64,000 nt of DNA from positions 51,832,001-51,896,000 of the forward strand of contig OX597819.1 in NCBI GenBank assembly GCA_951406725.2, read 5' to 3'. Of this stretch, positions 1 to 16,037 are shown piece by piece. Origin of the DNA: Octopus vulgaris (Eukaryota). A model generated the notes under the pieces. It ran no database searches, was not told the origin of the DNA, and was given only the letters and a program-made list of their open reading frames with translations. The position numbers and the translations under genes are program-made. The stretch's first letter is position 1, and each line of letters opens with the position of its first letter.

Positions 1-5
1 TGTTG

Positions 6-37
<32 letters not shown>

Positions 38-65
38 GTTATTATTATTATTATCATCATAATTA

Positions 66-100
<35 letters not shown>

Positions 101-129
101 GTTGTTGTTGTTATTCATTATTATTATTA

Positions 130-206
<77 letters not shown>

Positions 207-225
207 CGTCATCATTATTATTGTT
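1..225. repeat. (ATT)n/(GTT)n triplet microsatellite
   Basis: Direct reading of the sequence. Confidence 0.95.
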
Positions 226-411
226 CCAATTGAGTATTTTATAGACATTAAATTATCCTCCTAAGAGAATATTTTTTCGAAACTGACTCCATTTAACGAC
301 TAATTTATCATCCTCTCCACTTCCCATTCGGTTCAGGGTCGCACGATGCCTACAGACTATCTCCTGCTATATAAGGCAACATAGCTAACCTGTTTATTCT
401 CCTCTTAATGA

Positions 412-520
412 TCCGACTGATGAGACGCACACACACAAAAATTAAAATAAACAAATAATAAAAGATAATAAAAAAGTAAAAAATGAACAACAACTTGTCG
501 AAACTATGCATTGTCCTGGA
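412..520 (+). ncRNA. Minimal type-I hammerhead ribozyme motif (probable Penelope-like pseudo-LTR)
   Basis: CTGATGA 417-423; helix II GAC/GTC around a ~70-nt A-rich insert; GAAA 500-503; helix III with palindromic ATGCAT; GTC cleavage triplet 513-515; helix I TCCG/TGGA. TATATAAG upstream at 368-375. Confidence 0.6.
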
Positions 521-679
521 ATTTATAAGATATTTACCATATCTATTTTGTATGGAATAACTCTTGTTTTACAATTCGCTTTCTTTTGTATCTCGTAGTC
601 AATTGTCATAGCTCCAAAATCATTAAATATTTCATGGAGCAATTAAGAAAAGAGTTACGATACATTCTTCACTGGCACG

Positions 680-3500
<2,821 letters not shown>

Positions 3501-4881
3501 CACCACGCATATACATATATAATGGCGATGTATGTCAGTGACGTCTTTTACATTTGAACTTATGTATTGGTTTTCCTCGCTTCTAATTTACTACACATCA
3601 ACCTATTCAGACGGCTTACATGGATGTGTAGAACATTAAACGGTTGTGTATTTATTATTGACATGTGACCAAAGCTATTTCAATCTCTTCCTTCCTCCTT
3701 TTCTTTCTTTCTCTCTCTCCCTCTCTCTCTCTTTCTTTCTCTCTCTCTCTCTCTCTCTCACTTTTACCTTTCTTTTTGTTATTTGATTTTGTTCATGTTT
3801 TTTTCTTTTCTCTGGTTGTTTTAAATATATTCAGCGCTAAGTAAATATTAATTCTATTCGTCTATTGAATAAACTGGATTGTTTCCAATACAGGTAGATT
3901 GTGTGCATGAGTGTGTATATGCGTTTGTGAGATCAACATGTCTATGTTTAAGCTTAACTAAGTGTACAGTGTTTTTGTGCGTATGGTCATGTGCAGATAT
4001 TTGCAGATGCATATCAGAGAGCGAACATACAAGTCCACAAATGCACACATATTGGCAACACAGCCAGGAGTTCACACATGTATGTGTGCATATGCATACG
4101 TCTCTCTTTCCCTCTCTCTCTTTCTTTCTATTGATATAAATATATACATACATATATATGTATGTATGTATGTATGCATGTATCTATGTATGTATGTATG
4201 TATGTTTGTATGTATGTATATGTATGTATGTGTGTGTGTAACCAGCTTTTCTGTTAAACAACAGTGCTTGTGTGTATTGTTTATTGTTTTTTTTTTAGTT
4301 TTATTGAAGATTTATTTAGGTATTTTTTTTCTTTTATTGTCTAGAAAAATAAATTCGTAGGTCCTAACAATAATTAACCAAAGTTCGAGAACCTCTTGTA
4401 TCAGTTATTGAACACATCACATATGCACACTACTTTAGTTCAGAAGGTTTGCGGGTAGGGTAGAGTAGGGTGGGGTAGGTGTAGAGGGCGAGAACAAATT
4501 AATTAAATCTGACATCATACATTATTAACACGGTGTTCTGCAGAGCGATAACTTTGCAGTGTTGCTCTTTATTCTCTCGTTAAACCCATTAAACCTGTTC
4601 ACAAAACATGTTGTTTATTAAATCGATACACCAAATCTAGAAACTTCTCATATGTTTGGGTTTTTTCTTCTTTCTTCTTTTATTTTTTGTTTGTTTTAAT
4701 ATATGATTTAATGCAGCATGAGCCAAATAATGACCATATCGATAAATAGTTGAATCTCGTTGTTCAATACCTTCATAGACGCTGGGAGGAAACTCGATGA
4801 AACCCAATGTATTTGCATGTTAGGAAGACCAAGAATAGTCATCGACTGAGAAACCTAACAACTAAACCCTCTGACAATATA

Positions 4882-5278
4882 CTTTTCTACTCTAGGTATA
4901 AGGCCTGAAATGTTTGGGGAGGGGGCCAGTCGATTCGATCGACCCCAGTAAGTAACTGGTACTTATTTAATCGACCCCGAAAGGATGAAAGGCAAAATCG
5001 ACCTCGGCGGAATTTGAACTCAGAGCGTAAAGGCAGACAAAATACCTATTTCTTTACTACCCACATGGGGCTAAACACAGAGGAGACAAATAAGGACAGA
5101 CAAACAGATTAAGTCGATTATATCGACCCCAGTGCGTAACTGGTACTTAATTTATCGATCCCGAAAGGATGAAAGGCAAAGTCGACCTCGGCGGAATTTG
5201 AACTCAGAGCGTAAAGGCAGACGAAATACAACTACGCATTTCGCCCAGCGTGCTAATGTTTCTGCCAGCTCGCCGCCT
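4882..5278 (-). mobile_element. SINE family A, dimeric copy with 19-bp TSD
   Basis: tRNA-like head (GGCGGCGAGCTGGCAGAA...GAGTTCAAATTCC), central GTCGACTTTGCCTTTCATCCTTTCGGGGTCGATAAA block present twice; TSD TAAACCCTCTGACAATATA at 4863-4881 and 5279-5297. Confidence 0.9.
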
Positions 5279-5369
5279 TAAACCCTCTGACAATATAACC
5301 AAATAACAAATCATCCAAATGAGAACTGCGAATACCAAGGGTAAGACGCGCATTAGGGATACAGATGTG

Positions 5370-5560
5370 GTAGACTATGTTTTTGAGAAAAATACTTCAT
5401 TATACGTTGATCCAGTCCATTCAGCAGGAAAAAATGAGTAATCTGCAGGGTGGGGAACACCCTGTGAAGGGTGGAGAATATACGTCAGGAAAACGAGAAA
5501 TCGGCCCTGTGCTCCCAATAGAGTAATGTGGACTGACCTGTTTCACAGGAACAGAACAAG
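5370..5560 (+). mobile_element. Old CORE-like SINE (family C) remnant
   Basis: TGTTTTTGAG...TTGATCCAGTCCATTCAGCAGGAAAAAATGAGTA resembles the CORE-like block of the 16038-16690 element. Confidence 0.4.
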
Positions 5561-5589
5561 AAATAAATACGTTAAAGGAAGGCTTGACT

Positions 5590-5990
5590 ATGTGTTAAAA
5601 AGTTTGTTTCCTAACCACATGGTTCTGAGACCAGCCCCACTGCATGACATTTTGGGCAATTGTCTTCTACTATAGCTTCGGAGCAACAAAAGACTTGTGA
5701 GCGGATTTAGTAGACGGAAACTGAAAGAAGCCTCCTGTATATATACATGTATATACATATATATGTATGTGTGTATTTGTGTTTGTTTTCCACCACCACT
5801 TAACAACCGGTGTTGGTTTTTTTACGACCCCGTTACTTCGCGGTTAGGCAAAAAAAAAAACTGATAGAATAAGTACCGGGCTAAAAAAATGTACTGGTGC
5901 CGATTTGTTCAACTAAACCCTTCGAGGGGTAGCCCCAGCATGGCCACAGTCTAATGACTTGAACAAGTAAAAGATACAGGATAAAAGATA
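5590..5990 (+). mobile_element. SINE family B (diverged)
   Basis: Same head/microsatellite/tail layout as other B copies: AACCACATGGTTC...GGGCAA...GGAAACTGAAAGAAGCC...CCCCAGCATGGCCACAGT. Confidence 0.8.
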
Positions 5991-6108
5991 AAATAACAAT
6001 TATACCATCCATTGCTTCTTTGTAATGATAATCTTATTTATCGCAAGGAAATAGTTATAAATACTTTTAATTTGTTCAGATAGAAAACATTGTATGTCAT
6101 AATACAGA

Positions 6109-6254
6109 TTTCAAATTTTGGCACAAGGGAGTTTACATCGACGCCATTAGGATAAAAGGTAAAATCGACCTCGGTGGAGTTTGAACGTAAAACGGACGAA
6201 ATGCTGCGAAGCGTTTTGTGCAGCGTGTTAACGATTGTGCCACCTCAGTGCTTT
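6109..6254 (-). mobile_element. SINE family A, degenerate and internally deleted
   Basis: AAATCGACCTCGGTGGAGTTTGAAC...TAACGATTGTGCCA matches family A. Confidence 0.65.
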
Positions 6255-6659
6255 AGTGTATCATAATATGAAAACTTAATCAGAGGAACGTGATTAAGAA
6301 ATACCTTTCCAAAATTTACAGATGAGAAAGATATAATATTATCATTATTGGTAATGGAGGATAGAAATTATACTATAACGGAAACTGCATGCAAAGAACA
6401 TTGGCATATTCTAAAGTAATACTACAGCAAAAACTACACAGAGACACACACACACCAGCATATATGTATGAATATGCACATATATATATGTATACACACA
6501 CACACACACACAAACATATATATATAAATGTATATAATTTAGATTCAGATGAATATGGTACTTAAGTTGAGGCACCAAAATTTAGCACGGTATTATCCAT
6601 ACAATTTCAAGGTAAGGTGATTAAAATCAAAATAAGCAACAAGGATATCCAGAGGTAAT

Positions 6660-6723
6660 GCAGTACGATCGTTTCATGCAATTCCATTTAATTGAACAAT
6701 GAAATCATTACATCGTGCAGCTG
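6660..6723 (-). ncRNA. Degenerate hammerhead motif
   Basis: Minus strand: CAG-CTG(C)ACGA-TGTAAT...ATTGCA-T-GAAA-CGATC-GTA-CTG. Palindromic helix III ACGATCGT; one extra C in the core. Confidence 0.4.
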
Positions 6724-6778
6724 AAGATTGCTCTACATTTTAAATTGATATAATGATTGCATTGTTCAATTAAATATA

Positions 6779-6813
<35 letters not shown>

Positions 6814-6850
6814 GTATATGTATATGTATATGTATGTATGCATATTTATG

Positions 6851-6894
<44 letters not shown>

Positions 6895-6903
6895 CATACA
6901 TAC

Positions 6904-6970
<67 letters not shown>

Positions 6971-6972
<2 letters not shown>

Positions 6973-7298
6973 TTTTATTATTTTAAGTGTTTCAGCTTTA
7001 AAGCTGCGGTCTCTGGAGCACCATCGTTGGCTGTGTTACACCATTATTTGAAACCTCTGATATGTGGCATTTGGTGAATGAGGGTGATATATGTGATGCT
7101 GCCCTTATCTGTGTTCCCTGCCGTGAGGCAGGCTTATCTGGAGCCCTTAACAGGAGGAGATCCAGTTTTGTTTTGAAGACACCTACATCCACACCATGCC
7201 GGTCTCTAAGGCATTTTGGAAGGATATTGAAGATATTGGAATCCAAGCTGTTTCAGTATTTGGTCCTGTATTTTGAGAGTGATGCTGGGATCTTTCAC
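6971..7298 (-). mobile_element. CR1-group LINE 3' end (ORF2 C-terminus plus 3' UTR)
   Basis: Translation IFNILPKCLRDRHGVDVGVFKTKLDLLLLRAPDKP...RAAS resembles the CR1/Crack/Daphne ORF2 tail; 3' UTR ends in hairpin CAGCTTTAAAGCTG plus an A-rich tail. Confidence 0.7.
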
Positions 7299-7406
7299 AT
7301 TATCGATCTCGGAGGGACGAAAGGCAAAGTTGGTCTCAGTAGAACAGATACTGAAATGCAATTCTCTAACGCTCTAACGACTCTACTATCTCATTCGACA
7401 TGCATA

Positions 7407-7706
7407 CGAAGTCTGACAAAAAAAAATGTACCGGGACTATTGCTAGGGTAACGGAGCTAAAGTACGCAAAGTGAAGCCACTTGGAACAGATTGACTTTGA
7501 ATTCTGTCTTTCAATTAAGTTATAACGTTCTGGCTCTCTCCCGTTGTTTGTAGAATTACTTGAAAGTAAAGTGTATCGAGTATGGTCGCCTCAAAAGAAG
7601 ATCGGGCTTCAGCTACACAGGATCTCCTTGATTGTGTCGAGGAAGACAAATTTTTTTGAAAACTGTCATAGAAGACGAGTCTATGGCTACGACTCCGAAA
7701 CCAAGG
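7407..7706 (+). mobile_element. Mariner remnant (5' arm plus internally deleted transposase)
   Basis: TA-CGAAGTCTGAC... homologous to the 19917 arm; peptide VYGYDSETK (mariner YDPETK motif). Confidence 0.7.
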
Positions 7707-7949
7707 CGGGGCAGAAGTGGGTAGGGGCTGTGCTCTTGGTGCAGGTGGCTCTGGCTTTCCGCATCTGGCGTTTCTGTTCTGCTGACTGAATCCGTCTCTC
7801 CTCGGCTGTCTTTGCTCCTGTGGTGATTGCGCTGCGCCAGGATGAGCAGTCGGCAGCAAGTGTCTCCCAAGTCTCTGTGCCGATGGAGAAGTCTTTGAGA
7901 GGGACCTTGAGACTGTCCTTGAAGCGCTTCTTCTGCCCTCCGACTTTGC
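7707..7949 (-). mobile_element. RTE-clade LINE ORF2 C-terminal fragment
   Basis: Minus-strand frame RKVGGQKKRFKDSLKVPLKDFSIGTETWETLAADCSSWRSAITTGA...THFCP, a typical RTE C-terminus. Confidence 0.75.
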
Positions 7950-8108
7950 GTAAGTAGCTTGCTTACCAACCACATGGTTCCGGGTTCAGTCCCACTGCGT
8001 GGCACCTTGGGCAAGTGTCTTCTACTATAGCCTCGGGCCGACCGAAGCCTTGTGGGTGGATTTGGATTTGGTAGACGGAAACTGAAAGAAGCCCGTCGTA
8101 TATATGTA

Positions 8109-8173
<65 letters not shown>

Positions 8174-8340
8174 GTGTATGTGAATGTTTGCTGGTGTGTT
8201 TACGTCCCCGTAACTTAGCGGTTCGGCAAAAGAGACCGATAGAATAAGTACTAGGCTTACAAAGAATAAGTTGCTCGACTAAAGGCGGTGCTCCAGTATG
8301 GCCACAGCCAAATGACTGAAACCAGTAAAAGAGTAAAAGA
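7950..8340 (+). mobile_element. SINE family B
   Basis: B box GGTTCAGTCCC, CCTTGGGCAAGTGTCTTC, internal (TA)n, tail GGTGCTCCAG...TGACTGAAAC...TAAAAGA. Confidence 0.9.
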
Positions 8341-9199
8341 GTATATATATATATATACATACATATATATATATATATATATAACTATGTATGTATATAT
8401 ATATATGCAAGCATGCAGAAACATACATACGTACATACATACATACATACATACATACATACATACATACATACATACATACATACATACATACTGTTAC
8501 ACAACCATAGTGTACTACATAGACGATTACAGTTTCATGAAAACAGCCTCTTCTAATGAAAGCTTTCAGTCAAGACCTGTTTATGATGAGAAGCTATCAT
8601 TAAATCGGAAAAATATGTCATGAGTTGAGATTTAAAAGCTAAGAAACAATGGCTGTATTTATTTGTCAAGCTGTCTGAGCAGACTTTTACCGAAAGCTTT
8701 ACCGAAGTCGACCCGTTATTACTTGTATGAAGGAGTCGCAAAGATGGCGGCATAGAAGAAGCTTAAGAGAGTTTTAACGAAAAGCTGATTAGAATCTTTG
8801 ATTAACTAGAATTAAATTCTTCCATTGCTTGTAATTATTCCTCATGTATTCTTGAATTATTGACTATTTGACTGTTGTTAGCCATTCAAAGGATGTAGCG
8901 GTGGTGGTGGTGATGGTGGGACGAGTTTTTAAACAGTGATGCTATCGATAGCGGCGGCGATGGCAGCGATGACGACGATGGCGGTGATGATGATATTAGT
9001 TGTGTTGTTGGTGGCGTTGGTGTTGGTAGAGACGGTAGATTTTGATGGCTGCGGTAGTGGAAAGGAAGAGCGAAAAGACAATTCTCATTAATCGCATAGT
9101 TTCCAGTCTTAAGTAGCAGTAATTGGAAACGAATTTAGAAATAAGCCGTAAGCATTCTTTTCTGCTTTCTTTTTATCGTTACCTTATGGCTTTTTACTT

Positions 9200-9204
9200 T
9201 AGTC

Positions 9205-9252
<48 letters not shown>

Positions 9253-9262
9253 AATTATTACA

Positions 9263-9349
<87 letters not shown>

Positions 9350-9451
9350 TTTAATATTATTATTATTATTATTATTATTATATTATTATTATTATTATTG
9401 TTATTATTTCTATTACTATTTTTATTGTTGTCGTTGTTGTTATTATCATCA

Positions 9452-9504
<53 letters not shown>

Positions 9505-9560
9505 TCTATTACTATTGTTATTATTGCCGTTGTTGTTATTATCATCATTGTTATTATCAT

Positions 9561-9619
<59 letters not shown>

Positions 9620-10070
9620 TTATTATTATTATTATTATTGTCGTTGTTTTTATTATCATCATTGCTATTGTTATCATTATTATTACATTTATTATCATCA
9701 TTGTTATTCTTATTATTATTGTTGTTGTTGTTATTATTGTAATTATTATTAATATTTTTAGCATCGCCAACATCGTCGTCCTCATCAACATAATCACTAC
9801 CATTAATAATAATTATTTTTGCATTATTGTTGATCTTGATATTGTTGTGGCTGATGTTGCTCTTGTGTTTGTCGCTGCTTCTGATGATGATGATGATGAT
9901 GACGATAATGTTGTTGTTGTTGTTTTCTGTTTTATTGTTTGTTTCGTTGATGCTCTTCTTATATCATTTATTAATTCTGTTGATGTTGCTGTTACCACTG
10001 CCGTTCTTCTTTTCACTCTTCTCGCTGTCACCGTCGTTGTTGTAGCTGCTGTTGTTCTTGAAGATGATGG

Positions 10071-10103
<33 letters not shown>

Positions 10104-10152
10104 CGGTGACGATGATGACGACGAAGACGACGACGACGACGACGACGACGAC

Positions 10153-10209
<57 letters not shown>

Positions 10210-10217
10210 AACGGTGG

Positions 10218-10265
<48 letters not shown>

Positions 10266-10415
10266 CGATGATGATGATGACGACGTTGATGACGGTCATG
10301 ATGATGATGATGACGACGGTGATGACGGTCATGAAGATAACGACGACAACAGCGACGACAACGACGACGATGACGATGATAACGTTGATTATGATGGTGG
10401 TGGTAGTGGTGGCGG

Positions 10416-10454
<39 letters not shown>

Positions 10455-10920
10455 CGACAACGGTGATGATGACGATGATTATGATGATGACGGTGAAGAT
10501 GACGATGATGATGATGATGACGGTGATGACAGTGATGTGGATGATGATGACGATGATGACGGTGATGAGGAGGAAGATGATGACGACGACAGCGGCGACG
10601 ACAACGACGACAATGACGATGATGACGTTGATTATGATGGTGGTGGTGGTGGTGGTGATGATTTCGTGAACATCATTGTCGTTGCCATGAAGATTGATGG
10701 TTGTGGAGGTAGAGAGGATGGAGTAGTGGTTATGTGGCAGTGGTGGTGGCTGTGAGAGTTGTGGTGGTGGTGGTAGTGTAGTGGTGGTGATGCTGCTGCT
10801 GCTGTGGTGGTGACAGTGGCGGTGGTGGTGGTTGTGGTGGTGATGTGGCGGTGGTATTTGTGACAGTGGTGGTGGTGGTGGTGGTGGTGGTGGTGGTAGT
10901 AATAGTGGTGATGGTTGTTG
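9200..10920. repeat. Long cryptic triplet-repeat field (TTA > GAT/GAC > GGT)
   Basis: Direct reading; produces the spurious poly-L, poly-D and poly-M ORFs. Confidence 0.9.
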
Positions 10921-11183
10921 ACGAGGTTTGAGGTCTGAGGTATTAACCGAGATGCAGACTTAATAATGCGCAATGATTCACCTTAAACGTAACACCCGTC
11001 CACTCGATTTCATTCCGGCGAACCACATTACCGATTCCGCTGATGTACGTAGAAGTTCACATGCACACGACTTAACGCTTATTGAAGCAGACACACACAC
11101 ACACAGACGGAAACACACACACATGCACATAAGCACACAAGCGCAAACACATACACAAATGCACACTCATAAACACATTCGCT

Positions 11184-11248
<65 letters not shown>

Positions 11249-11312
11249 ACGCACACGTATGCACACATACACGTGCACGGGCATACATACTCATATAGTA
11301 AAATATGCATAC

Positions 11313-11457
<145 letters not shown>

Positions 11458-11484
11458 TAGAGACATACAAATAAATAGATAGAC

Positions 11485-11605
<121 letters not shown>

Positions 11606-11664
11606 TGCATGTATATATATTCACCTATATGTATATATACGCCTATACACACATATATACATAC

Positions 11665-11704
<40 letters not shown>

Positions 11705-12304
11705 ATACACACATATATATTGTTGTATCCTTTCATACATGCAAACATATTTACAAGCACATATATGCATATTTCAATGCATATGTGTGCTTGTATACAT
11801 AGGAGAGCTTTTAGGAACGGCAAGGAACCCAACTACATACTGTCTAATCGTTAATCTTGATCCTTTAAGATCAACAGAAACATGCACCAAGTAGATTTCA
11901 CTCGAACCATACCTTGACAGCCACCCTTTTTACCATACTTAAACATAACATTGTTTTATTGCCATAGTCTTCGGGTAAGAACAGAGTCCACATAATCTCG
12001 TACCCTCTTCCATTCCCACTTTCTCTCTCTTAATAATATGCGCTTTTGGTTTAATTAGGAAACCGCTGTTTCACTGCAGAATGCGGCATCCTTGCGTATT
12101 CGCGTGATGATAGCAAAACTGCATCAATGAAAATAGACCGGGTGGAGGAGAGCCAATCATCTGTCTACTTAATTCTCATTCCCATACATTTTCCTGAAAC
12201 ATATGTTAAAAACCTAATGTTTTTAATAATAATCTTTCTTCGTGTAATTCATTCGTATTGCACCGCTTGACTCTCTGGATTAATATAATCTAGTCTGCTC
12301 GATT

Positions 12305-12306
12305 CA

Positions 12307-12404
<98 letters not shown>

Positions 12405-12578
12405 GTTGTTGTTGTTATTATTATAATAATTATTGTTGTTGTTGTTGCTAACATCATTATTATTATCGTCATCATCATCATCATTATTGCTATTAACATT
12501 ATGACTATTACCACCATCGTCATCATCATCATAATCATAATCATCACCAGCAGCCGCAGAAAAACAAGCATCAACACC

Positions 12579-12666
<88 letters not shown>

Positions 12667-12870
12667 CCATCATCACCACCACAACTATGATGATGATCAT
12701 CACCACCATCACCACCACCACCATAACCATCATCATCATCATCATCATGACCACCACTATCGCCATCATCTTCATCACCATCATCATTAACACTATCATC
12801 ATCATCACCATCATGATCATCATGATCATCACCACCACCACCACCACCACCATCATCAACACTATCATCA
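12305..12870. repeat. (ATT)n/(CAT)n/(CAC)n triplet field
   Basis: Direct reading. Confidence 0.9.
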
Positions 12871-12924
12871 TTTTGATAATTCTCAGAGACTTACCAACAA
12901 AATCTAATAGATATGCACTCTTGT

Positions 12925-13121
12925 AGGCAGCAAATTTGGGAGGAAAGGGGTTAATCGATTACATCGACTCTAGTGCTCAACTGGTGCTTACTTTATCGAC
13001 CTCGAAAAGATAAAAGACAAAGCCGACCTCAGTGGAGTTTGAACTCAGAACGTAAAGACAGAAGAAATACAGCTAAACATGTTGCCCGGCTTACTAACGA
13101 CTCTGCCACTTCGCTGCCTTA
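12925..13121 (-). mobile_element. SINE family A (diverged)
   Basis: TTTATCGACCTCGAAAAG...GTTTGAACTCAGAACGTAAAGAC...GCTGCCTT. Confidence 0.8.
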
Positions 13122-13180
13122 GCTTATGATAAAAGTAGTACATTGTACCTTTGTTCCACTGTCAGATACTTTAGTACATT

Positions 13181-13595
13181 AGCGGCGAGCTGGCAGAAAC
13201 GTTAGCATGCCGGGCGAGATGCTTAGCGGTATTTCGTCTGCCGCTACGTTCTGAGTTCAAATTCCACCGAGGTCGACTTTGCCTTTCATCCTTTCGGGGT
13301 CGATAAATTAAGTACCAGTTACGCACTGGTGTCGATGTAATCGACTTAATCCCTTTGTCTGTCCTTGTTTGTCTCCTCTGTGTTTAGCCCCTTGTGGGTA
13401 GTAAAGAAATAGGTATTTCGTCTGCGGCTACGATCTGAGTTCAAATTCCGCCGCGGTCGACTTAGCCTTTCATCCTTTCGGGGTCGATTCAATAAGTACC
13501 AGTTACTTACTGGGATCGATGCAATCGACTTAATCCCTTGGTCTGTCCTTGTTTGTCCTCTCTATGTTTAGCCCCTTGTGGACAATAAAGAAATA
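13181..13595 (+). mobile_element. SINE family A, dimeric copy with 17-bp TSD
   Basis: Head plus two body/tail units; TSD AGATACTTTAGTACATT at 13164-13180 and 13596-13612. Confidence 0.92.
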
Positions 13596-14732
13596 AGATA
13601 CTTTAGTACATTTTCTTTTATTATTTTATATTTTCGTAGCTTCTATATTGAATTTACCACAGTTCCAAACATTTGAGTGTCAGGAGTATTAAAATGGAAT
13701 TTTTCCGATCTTTACCTTTAGACTAGGCTAATTATGTAGTAGATATATTAGATATCGGTTTCTGCTGTATAGTGATACAATTCCTAGAGTTTAAATATCA
13801 TGCAGACACAAATTTCTAGATAGCAGAAGAGCCAAACAGATGTAGTAGAGAACCTTCTGAATGCAAATATCAAATATTCATCGACATAACAAGATTGGAA
13901 TTTAGAAAAATGGAAACCAAATTCAATAACGTTGCAGAAAGACTCTAATCAAACATACAATATGAATAGTATTCCTCATAAATGTTATGTCAACGAATAA
14001 TTGATAAGTTCTCTTCTACTTCTCGTCTGCTTTTCTTCTATCAACAAAATTTTATCAACATGAGATTGAAATTCTAAGAAGTGTGTCACAATGATTGAGA
14101 TGTCATAGACTTCGTTGGAAAAAAAAAAAAAACAGAATAAAGAATAAAGAATGAAAATTAGGTATGTATGTATAACATATATTCGAAAATACAAGAATTC
14201 CTTTCGGGTAGTATAACCTTATAAAATGCACAAAAAGTTATAAAAATAAATAAAAGATACAATCATTATCAAAAAAGATAAATAATGTGGTATCTTACTT
14301 ACAAAATGATTGTCTGGTTCTGTTTAACCCACGGCCATACTTAATTGAGTAGACAGCCGGCAATGCGATGTTTATCTCGTTCTTCTCTCCGGCATTATGT
14401 AGCTAGAGCTTTTTATGACAGATATGTAATTTATCTACCTGAGATTTGGCTGCTATTTCTAGCAACTCTAGTTACCAAGTACAGGGTTAGCTTGAACGTC
14501 TGTTTCTCTTATTCATTCTGCAAATCTTTGCTACTAGCAAATGGATTATTTCGAATAAAATCTGTGTACACAAGATGGCTTAGATGAGGAAATTATCACA
14601 TGCTTTAAATGGAAGACTTTAAAATATATATATATATATACGTGTGTATGCGCGCGCGTGTGTGTGTATGTGTGTGTTTGTGTGTGTATGTGTATATCTA
14701 TGTGTCTATGTATGTGTGTGTTTATGAGTGTA

Positions 14733-14791
<59 letters not shown>

Positions 14792-14950
14792 AGAGAGAGA
14801 GAGAGAGAGACTAACATGTGTATATATCGCAGTAAAGTTTGTTCTCGCAGAACATCTACGTTTAGGTGGTAACAACCATTACTTTTCAGTAGAGTTACTA
14901 CTTGCATCTCGTATAGAGACTTTAGAACTAGCTACTACGCTTACTACATA

Positions 14951-15061
<111 letters not shown>

Positions 15062-15071
15062 GAAGCCTGTC

Positions 15072-15131
<60 letters not shown>

Positions 15132-15191
15132 TATATAATACATAGATACATACATAAATACATACATACAAAGAGAACACAAATGGCGTTT

Positions 15192-15281
15192 AAAATCTAG
15201 GACAGTTGTTTCGGTAGAATTTCTATTGACGTATCCAGAGATTGCATCATAACATATAATCCACCATCTTCAGGTAAAATT
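15192..15281 (-). ncRNA. Minimal type-I hammerhead ribozyme motif
   Basis: Minus strand: CTGAAGA (15273-15267), T-GGTGGA...TCTACC helix II, GAAA (15211-15208), ACAACTGT helix III, GTC, imperfect helix I AATTTTAC/CTAGATTT. Confidence 0.65.
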
Positions 15282-15389
15282 GTGAACACTAAAATGTCAA
15301 ACAGGCGAGATTTCATGCATAGAAATTTTTTTTAAAGAATATCTACTTATCCAGCGACGTTGGATACGTCACGTTCGATATATCTCGTC

Positions 15390-15950
15390 CATTTGACAAG
15401 TGTCTGAGTTCAAATTCTGCCGAGGTCGACTTTGTCTCTCGTTATTTTCGGGGATCGATAAAATAAGTATCAGCTGAGTACTGAGGTCGATGTAACCGAC
15501 TTACACCATCTTCCGAAATCGCAGGCCTTGTGCCAAAATACGAAACCAGTATCCTTTTCTAATCTAGGCACAATGCCCGAAACTTTGGAGGAGGGGGCCA
15601 GTCGACTCCTGTACCCAACTGGTACTTAATTTATCGACCCCGAAAGGATGAAAGATAAAGTTTACCCCAGCGGAATTTGAACTCGGAACGTAAAGACTGA
15701 CGAAATACCTCTAAGCATTTCGCCCGGCGTGCTAACGTTTCTACCAACTAACCGCCTTAATACGAAACCAATATCATTATGGTGAGGCAGTCGGTGACCT
15801 GGCAGAATTCGTAGCACGCCGGGCAAAAATGCTTAGCGACGTTTCGTCAGTCTTTACATTCTGAGTTCAAATTCCACCGATGTCGAATTTGCCTTTCATC
15901 TTTTCGAGTTCGATAAAAATGTGTACCAGTTGTGCTAAACTTTGGAACCA
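15390..15950. mobile_element. Cluster of three SINE A copies (+ ~15390-15545, - 15554-15758, + ~15783-15950)
   Basis: Middle copy is flanked by TSD AATACGAAACCA(G/A)TATC at 15537-15553 and 15759-15775, inside the tail of the first copy. Confidence 0.85.
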
Positions 15951-16037
15951 ATATTATTATGATATTATATTGAGGAAATTGCTATTGTAAGCAGAAATAG
16001 TTATTATGGTTGTGACAATAATAATGTTAGTGAGAGT

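Noticed and set aside
9847-10755. 302-aa poly-Asp ORF as an acidic protein gene
   Set aside because: Lies in a continuous triplet-repeat field that is also open in other frames; no signal peptide or splice evidence.
13181-13270. SINE heads as tRNA genes
   Set aside because: A and B boxes are present but there is no complete cloverleaf, and they continue into repeated SINE bodies.
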